Below are positions 60,447-64,000 of a stretch of 64,000 nucleotides of DNA, in pieces. Both the position numbers and the translations under genes were made by a program. This stretch comes from an uncultured Spirochaetota bacterium (GTDB lineage Bacteria > Spirochaetota > Spirochaetia > SZUA-6 > Fen-1364), in the NCBI GenBank assembly GCA_963734545.1, contig CAVTHO010000005.1, forward strand, positions 576,001-640,000. The letters are read 5' to 3'. Position 1 is the first letter of the stretch; each line of letters opens with the position of its first letter. The notes beneath the pieces are model-generated. The model was not told the DNA's origin and made no database searches. It saw only the letters and a list, made by a program, of their open reading frames with translations.

Positions 60447-60823
60447 GCGAAAAGATCACGAGCCCACAGGACCTCCTGAAGCTGCGCGATCAGGCCAGGG
60501 GCCAGGTCGAGCTGCGCGGAGGACACAAGGAGACCCAGGTGGTGGTGCACATGGGCACGTGCGGCATCGCGGCGGGCGCGCGCGACGTCGTCACGGAGCT
60601 CGTCTCTGCCCTGGACGCAAAATCCGTGCAGACCGTCACGGTGAGGCAGTCCGGCTGCATCGGTCTCTGCGACCAGGAGCCCATGCTCACCTACACGGAC
60701 AAGACGGGCCGCAATTTCCTGTACGTCAACCTCACCCGCGAAAAGGTACGGGAGTTCGTCCTGCGTCACATCATCGACGGGAAGCCCGTCGAGAAGTACA
60801 TCATGGAAGGAGACGCGAAATGA
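60443..60823 (+). CDS. Thioredoxin-like (2Fe-2S) ferredoxin subunit (HydD/HndB-like)
   Basis: MGTCGIAAGAR, SGCIGLCDQEP, HIIDGKPVEKY. Confidence 0.85.
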   Translation: MSEKITSPQDLLKLRDQARGQVELRGGHKETQVVVHMGTCGIAAGARDVVTELVSALDAKSVQTVTVRQSGCIGLCDQEPMLTYTDKTGRNFLYVNLTREKVREFVLRHIIDGKPVEKYIMEGDAK

Positions 60824-63800
60824 GCCGATCGAGATGCAACGTCCTGATCTGCACCGGCGGCGGCTGCGTCGCATCCGGCGCCCTCGAGCTCAGCGCGTCC
60901 ATGCGCGCGGCCATCGAGAAGCACGGCCTGGAGGGCGAGGTGCAGGTCTTCGAGACCGGCTGTCTCGGCCCCTGCGCGGCGGGACCCGTCGCGGTCGTCT
61001 ACCCGGACGGTATCCTCTACCAGAATCTGAAACCCGCCGACGCGGAGCGTATCGCCACCGAGCACCTGCTGAAGGGCAGGATCGTCGAAGACCTGACATA
61101 CGAGCGGAGACCGGCCGGCATGGAAGCGCCGGGCCTTCAGGAGATCCCCTTCTTCCGCAAGCAGGTGAAAGTGGTGCTGCGCAACTGCGGGCTCATCGAT
61201 CCGCTGAAGATCGAAGAGTATGTCGCGCGCGACGGCTACATGGCGCTCGCCAAGGCGCTCACCGAGATGACTCCCGAGCAGGTCGTCGACGAGGTGAAGA
61301 AATCAGGCCTGCGGGGCCGCGGCGGCGCGGGGTTCTCCACGGGCATGAAATGGGACCTCTGTCGGAAGGCGGAGGGAACGGAAAAGTACGTCCTCTGCAA
61401 CGCAGATGAAGGGGACCCGGGCGCGTTCATGGACAGGAGCGTGCTGGAAGGGGACCCGCACAGCCTCATCGAGGCCATGGCCATTGCCGGATACGCCATC
61501 GGGGCAGCGCAGGGATACGTCTACGTGCGCGCCGAATACCCCCTGGCCGTGGCACGCCTGGGCAAGGCGATCGAGCACGCGCGCGAGCGCGGCCTGCTGG
61601 GCAGGAACATCATGGGCACGCGCCACAGCTTCGACCTCGACATCCGCATGGGTTCCGGGGCGTTCGTCTGCGGCGAGGAGACGGCACTCATGAACTCCAT
61701 CGAGGGCAACCGCGGCGAGCCGCGGCCCCGGCCGCCGTTTCCCGCCAGCAGGGGGCTGTGGGCGAAACCCAGCCTCCTGAACAACGTGGAAACATACGCC
61801 GCTGTTCCCATGATCATCCTGAAGGGCTCGGCATGGTACGCATCGATGGGCACCGCGAAGAGCAAGGGCACAAAGGTGTTCGCTCTTGCGGGGGCAGTGA
61901 AGAACACCGGCCTCGTGGAAATTCCCATCGGCATGTCGCTGGGAGAGCTCGTATTCGACATCGGCGGCGGAATGCGGGAGGGCAAGAGCTTCAAGGCCGC
62001 GCAGATCGGAGGGCCTTCGGGAGGCTGCATCCCGCGTCATCACCTCAACGTGCCCGTCGACTATGAATCTCTCACGGAGCTGGGCGCCATCATGGGATCA
62101 GGCGGCCTCATCGTGATGGACGAGGACACCTGCATGGTGGACATGTCCCGATTCTTCCTCGAGTTCGTGCAGGACGAATCGTGCGGCAAGTGCACTCCCT
62201 GCAGGATCGGCACCAAGCGCATGCTGGAGATACTGGACCGCATCTGCGAGGGCAAGGGGCAGGAGGGCGACATCGAGCGCCTGATCGACCTTGGCAATAC
62301 GATCAAGGACACGGCGCTGTGCGGTCTCGGCCAGACCGCGCCCAACCCCGTGCTGTCGGCCATCCGCCATTTCCGGGATGAGTTCGTCGAGCACATCCGC
62401 GACAGGAAATGCCGGGCAGGCGTCTGTCCCGAGCTGGTGCGCGCGCCGTGCCAGAACGCGTGTCCCGCCGGCGTGGACGTGCCGGGATTCGTGAGCCTGA
62501 TCGGCGAGAAGCGCTTCGACGAGGCGCTGGCGCTGCACCGGGAGAGAAACCCGCTGGCAGCCATCTGCTCCCGCGTGTGCTTCCATCCCTGTGAGAGCAA
62601 ATGCCGGCGCTCCACGCTGGACGACCCCCTGTCGATCCGGGCGCTGAAGCGCTACATGGTGGACCAGGAAAAGGGATTCAACCTTCCCGCTCTCGTGCAG
62701 GACGGCGAAAACGCGAAGCGGAAGGTGGCCATCGTGGGCGCGGGTCCCGCGGGCCTTTCCTGCGCATACTTCCTGGCCCGGCTGGGCTACCGGCCGACGG
62801 TCTTCGAGGCAGCCTCCGAGCCCGGCGGCATGCTCCTGCAGGCCATTCCCGCCTACCGGTTGCCGCGCGACATCCTGCGCCGGGAAATCGGCATGATCGA
62901 GAAGCTGGGCGTGCAGATCAGGACGAAGAAGAAGATGGGAAAGGATTTCAGCCTGCAGAGCCTGCGGGAGGCAGGGTTCGAGTCGGTGTTCCTGGCCGTG
63001 GGCGCGCCGCGCGGCACGGGCCTGGGAATGAAGGGCGACGAGGCAGCGGGCGTGACCGAGGCCATCGATTTCCTCAGGCAGTACAACCTCTCGGGCAAGG
63101 CGCCGGTGGGAGAAAAGGTGGTGGTCGTAGGCGGAGGCAATGCCGCGGTGGACGCCGCGCGCACGGCCCTGCGCCTGGGCGCGAAGTCGGTCACCGTTGC
63201 GTACCGCCGCACCCGCCCGGAGATGCCGGCGTACCAGGAGGAGGTGGAGGAGGCCGAGCGCGAGGGGGTGAAGTTCGAGTTCCTCGTGGCGCCCCTCGAG
63301 CTGGTGCAGAAGGGTGGGAAGCTCGCCGCGGTGAAAATGCGCCGCATGGAGCTCGGGGAGTTCGACCAGACGGGCCGCAGGAAGCCTGTGGCGAAGCGGG
63401 AGACCGGCCACGGACCGGATGCGCGGGGAAACGGAGGCTCCGAAAGCGTCTTCGTGCTGGATGCCGATCAGCTGATCGCCGCCGTTGGCCAGAAGCTCAA
63501 CACCGTGGAATTGTTCGACTGCCCTCCGGGCGCTTCGGCCGGGCAGCGCGTGTCTTTGAAGCTCAACGAGCGGGAGCTCATTGCGGTGAATCCTGTGACT
63601 GGTCAGGCCTCCGAGGACTGGGTGTTTGCCGGCGGTGATGCGGTGAGCGGACCGGCCTCCGTGATCGAGGCCATAGCAGCGGGAGAGAAGGCAGCGGTGG
63701 GAATGCACGCATTTCTCACCGGCAGGAACGGGGTGCCCTGGAGGCTGCCGCGGACAGTGGACACATTCTTCGACCCGGACGCCGATCCCGTGATGGGCAA

Positions 63801-63975
63801 GCGCCCCGGTCTGAAGCTGATACCGGTGAAGAAACGCACGGGGTTCGTGGAAGTGGAGACCACCTGGTCGGCCGGCGTGGCCCTTGCAGAAACAAAGCGC
63901 TGCCTGCGCTGCGACTACCGTGAAGAAGCTGTCCCCTCGCAACAGGTTACCGTGGCCGCCGCCAAGAGCCGCTGA
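60820..63975 (+). CDS. nuoF: NuoF/HydB-like FMN/NADH subunit fused to a GltD/NfnB-like FAD/NADPH module (StnB-like architecture)
   Basis: N-terminal 2Fe-2S (CTGGGC, CLGPC), GRGGAGF, NADEGDPGAFMDR, GEETAL, GGPSGG, CGKCTPC; then PCQNACP, CSRVC..C, GAGPAG, GGGNAAVD, YRR, GGDAV.GP, RCLRC. Confidence 0.9.
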   Translation: MSRSRCNVLICTGGGCVASGALELSASMRAAIEKHGLEGEVQVFETGCLGPCAAGPVAVVYPDGILYQNLKPADAERIATEHLLKGRIVEDLTYERRPAGMEAPGLQEIPFFRKQVKVVLRNCGLIDPLKIEEYVARDGYMALAKALTEMTPEQVVDEVKKSGLRGRGGAGFSTGMKWDLCRKAEGTEKYVLCNADEGDPGAFMDRSVLEGDPHSLIEAMAIAGYAIGAAQGYVYVRAEYPLAVARLGKAIEHARERGLLGRNIMGTRHSFDLDIRMGSGAFVCGEETALMNSIEGNRGEPRPRPPFPASRGLWAKPSLLNNVETYAAVPMIILKGSAWYASMGTAKSKGTKVFALAGAVKNTGLVEIPIGMSLGELVFDIGGGMREGKSFKAAQIGGPSGGCIPRHHLNVPVDYESLTELGAIMGSGGLIVMDEDTCMVDMSRFFLEFVQDESCGKCTPCRIGTKRMLEILDRICEGKGQEGDIERLIDLGNTIKDTALCGLGQTAPNPVLSAIRHFRDEFVEHIRDRKCRAGVCPELVRAPCQNACPAGVDVPGFVSLIGEKRFDEALALHRERNPLAAICSRVCFHPCESKCRRSTLDDPLSIRALKRYMVDQEKGFNLPALVQDGENAKRKVAIVGAGPAGLSCAYFLARLGYRPTVFEAASEPGGMLLQAIPAYRLPRDILRREIGMIEKLGVQIRTKKKMGKDFSLQSLREAGFESVFLAVGAPRGTGLGMKGDEAAGVTEAIDFLRQYNLSGKAPVGEKVVVVGGGNAAVDAARTALRLGAKSVTVAYRRTRPEMPAYQEEVEEAEREGVKFEFLVAPLELVQKGGKLAAVKMRRMELGEFDQTGRRKPVAKRETGHGPDARGNGGSESVFVLDADQLIAAVGQKLNTVELFDCPPGASAGQRVSLKLNERELIAVNPVTGQASEDWVFAGGDAVSGPASVIEAIAAGEKAAVGMHAFLTGRNGVPWRLPRTVDTFFDPDADPVMGKRPGLKLIPVKKRTGFVEVETTWSAGVALAETKRCLRCDYREEAVPSQQVTVAAAKSR

Positions 63976-63987
63976 GCAAGAAGGAGA

Positions 63988-64000
63988 ATGACGATGCCAA
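63988..64000 (+). CDS. Start of the next operon gene (probably the NuoG/HydA/StnC-like subunit); truncated by the window
   Basis: AAGGAG RBS followed by in-frame ATGs at 63988 and 63994; product inferred from context only. Confidence 0.45.

Noticed and set aside
525-63942. Many long antisense or alternate-frame ORFs (e.g. 525..2138 +, 4522..7203 +, 9176..11104 +, 46225..48432 -, 62098..63942 -)
   Set aside because: They shadow well-supported genes, are Arg/Gly/Ala/Pro-rich with no motifs, and are expected at this GC content.
1-64000. rRNA, tRNA, transposase, integrase or prophage genes
   Set aside because: None recognised. Nearly all sequence is accounted for by metabolic and envelope CDSs.

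Overview
GC-rich bacterial chromosomal segment. The OMP and signal-peptide repertoire suggests an anaerobic diderm, possibly Spirochaetia (inference only). At least 16 single-base frameshifts occur in otherwise intact genes and are most likely long-read assembly errors. Left to right: (1) a LacI-regulated myo-inositol cluster (iolG-like, iolG, iolD, iolE, a transaldolase-family gene, sugar ABC transporter) with two matching palindromic operators; (2) addAB helicase/nuclease; (3) a ~24 kb Wzx/Wzy-type surface polysaccharide locus with two convergent wzc paralogues, no recognisable wza/wzb, several OM beta-barrel genes, a single-repeat TolC-like gene, and an uncharacterised NTase-thymidylate-kinase fusion plus APH-like kinase and three methyltransferases; (4) a PLP dehydratase, DeoR regulator and agaS-like/pfkB/ABC amino-sugar cluster, then gapN; (5) two sensor kinases, a sigma-54 activator, a UroD/MtbA-family gene and an aldo-keto reductase; (6) a sigma-54-driven operon of DRTGG, RsbT-like kinase fused to an Fe-S/hydrogenase-like domain, DRTGG, PHP, HATPase, NuoE/HydC, HydD-like ferredoxin and a NuoF/HydB-GltD fusion that runs off the window. 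Best novelty candidates: transaldolase-based inositol cleavage, the NTase-TMK/APH glycan-modification module, Wza-independent export, and the HydB-GltD oxidoreductase with its sensory cascade. No rRNA, tRNA, CRISPR or mobile element was seen.
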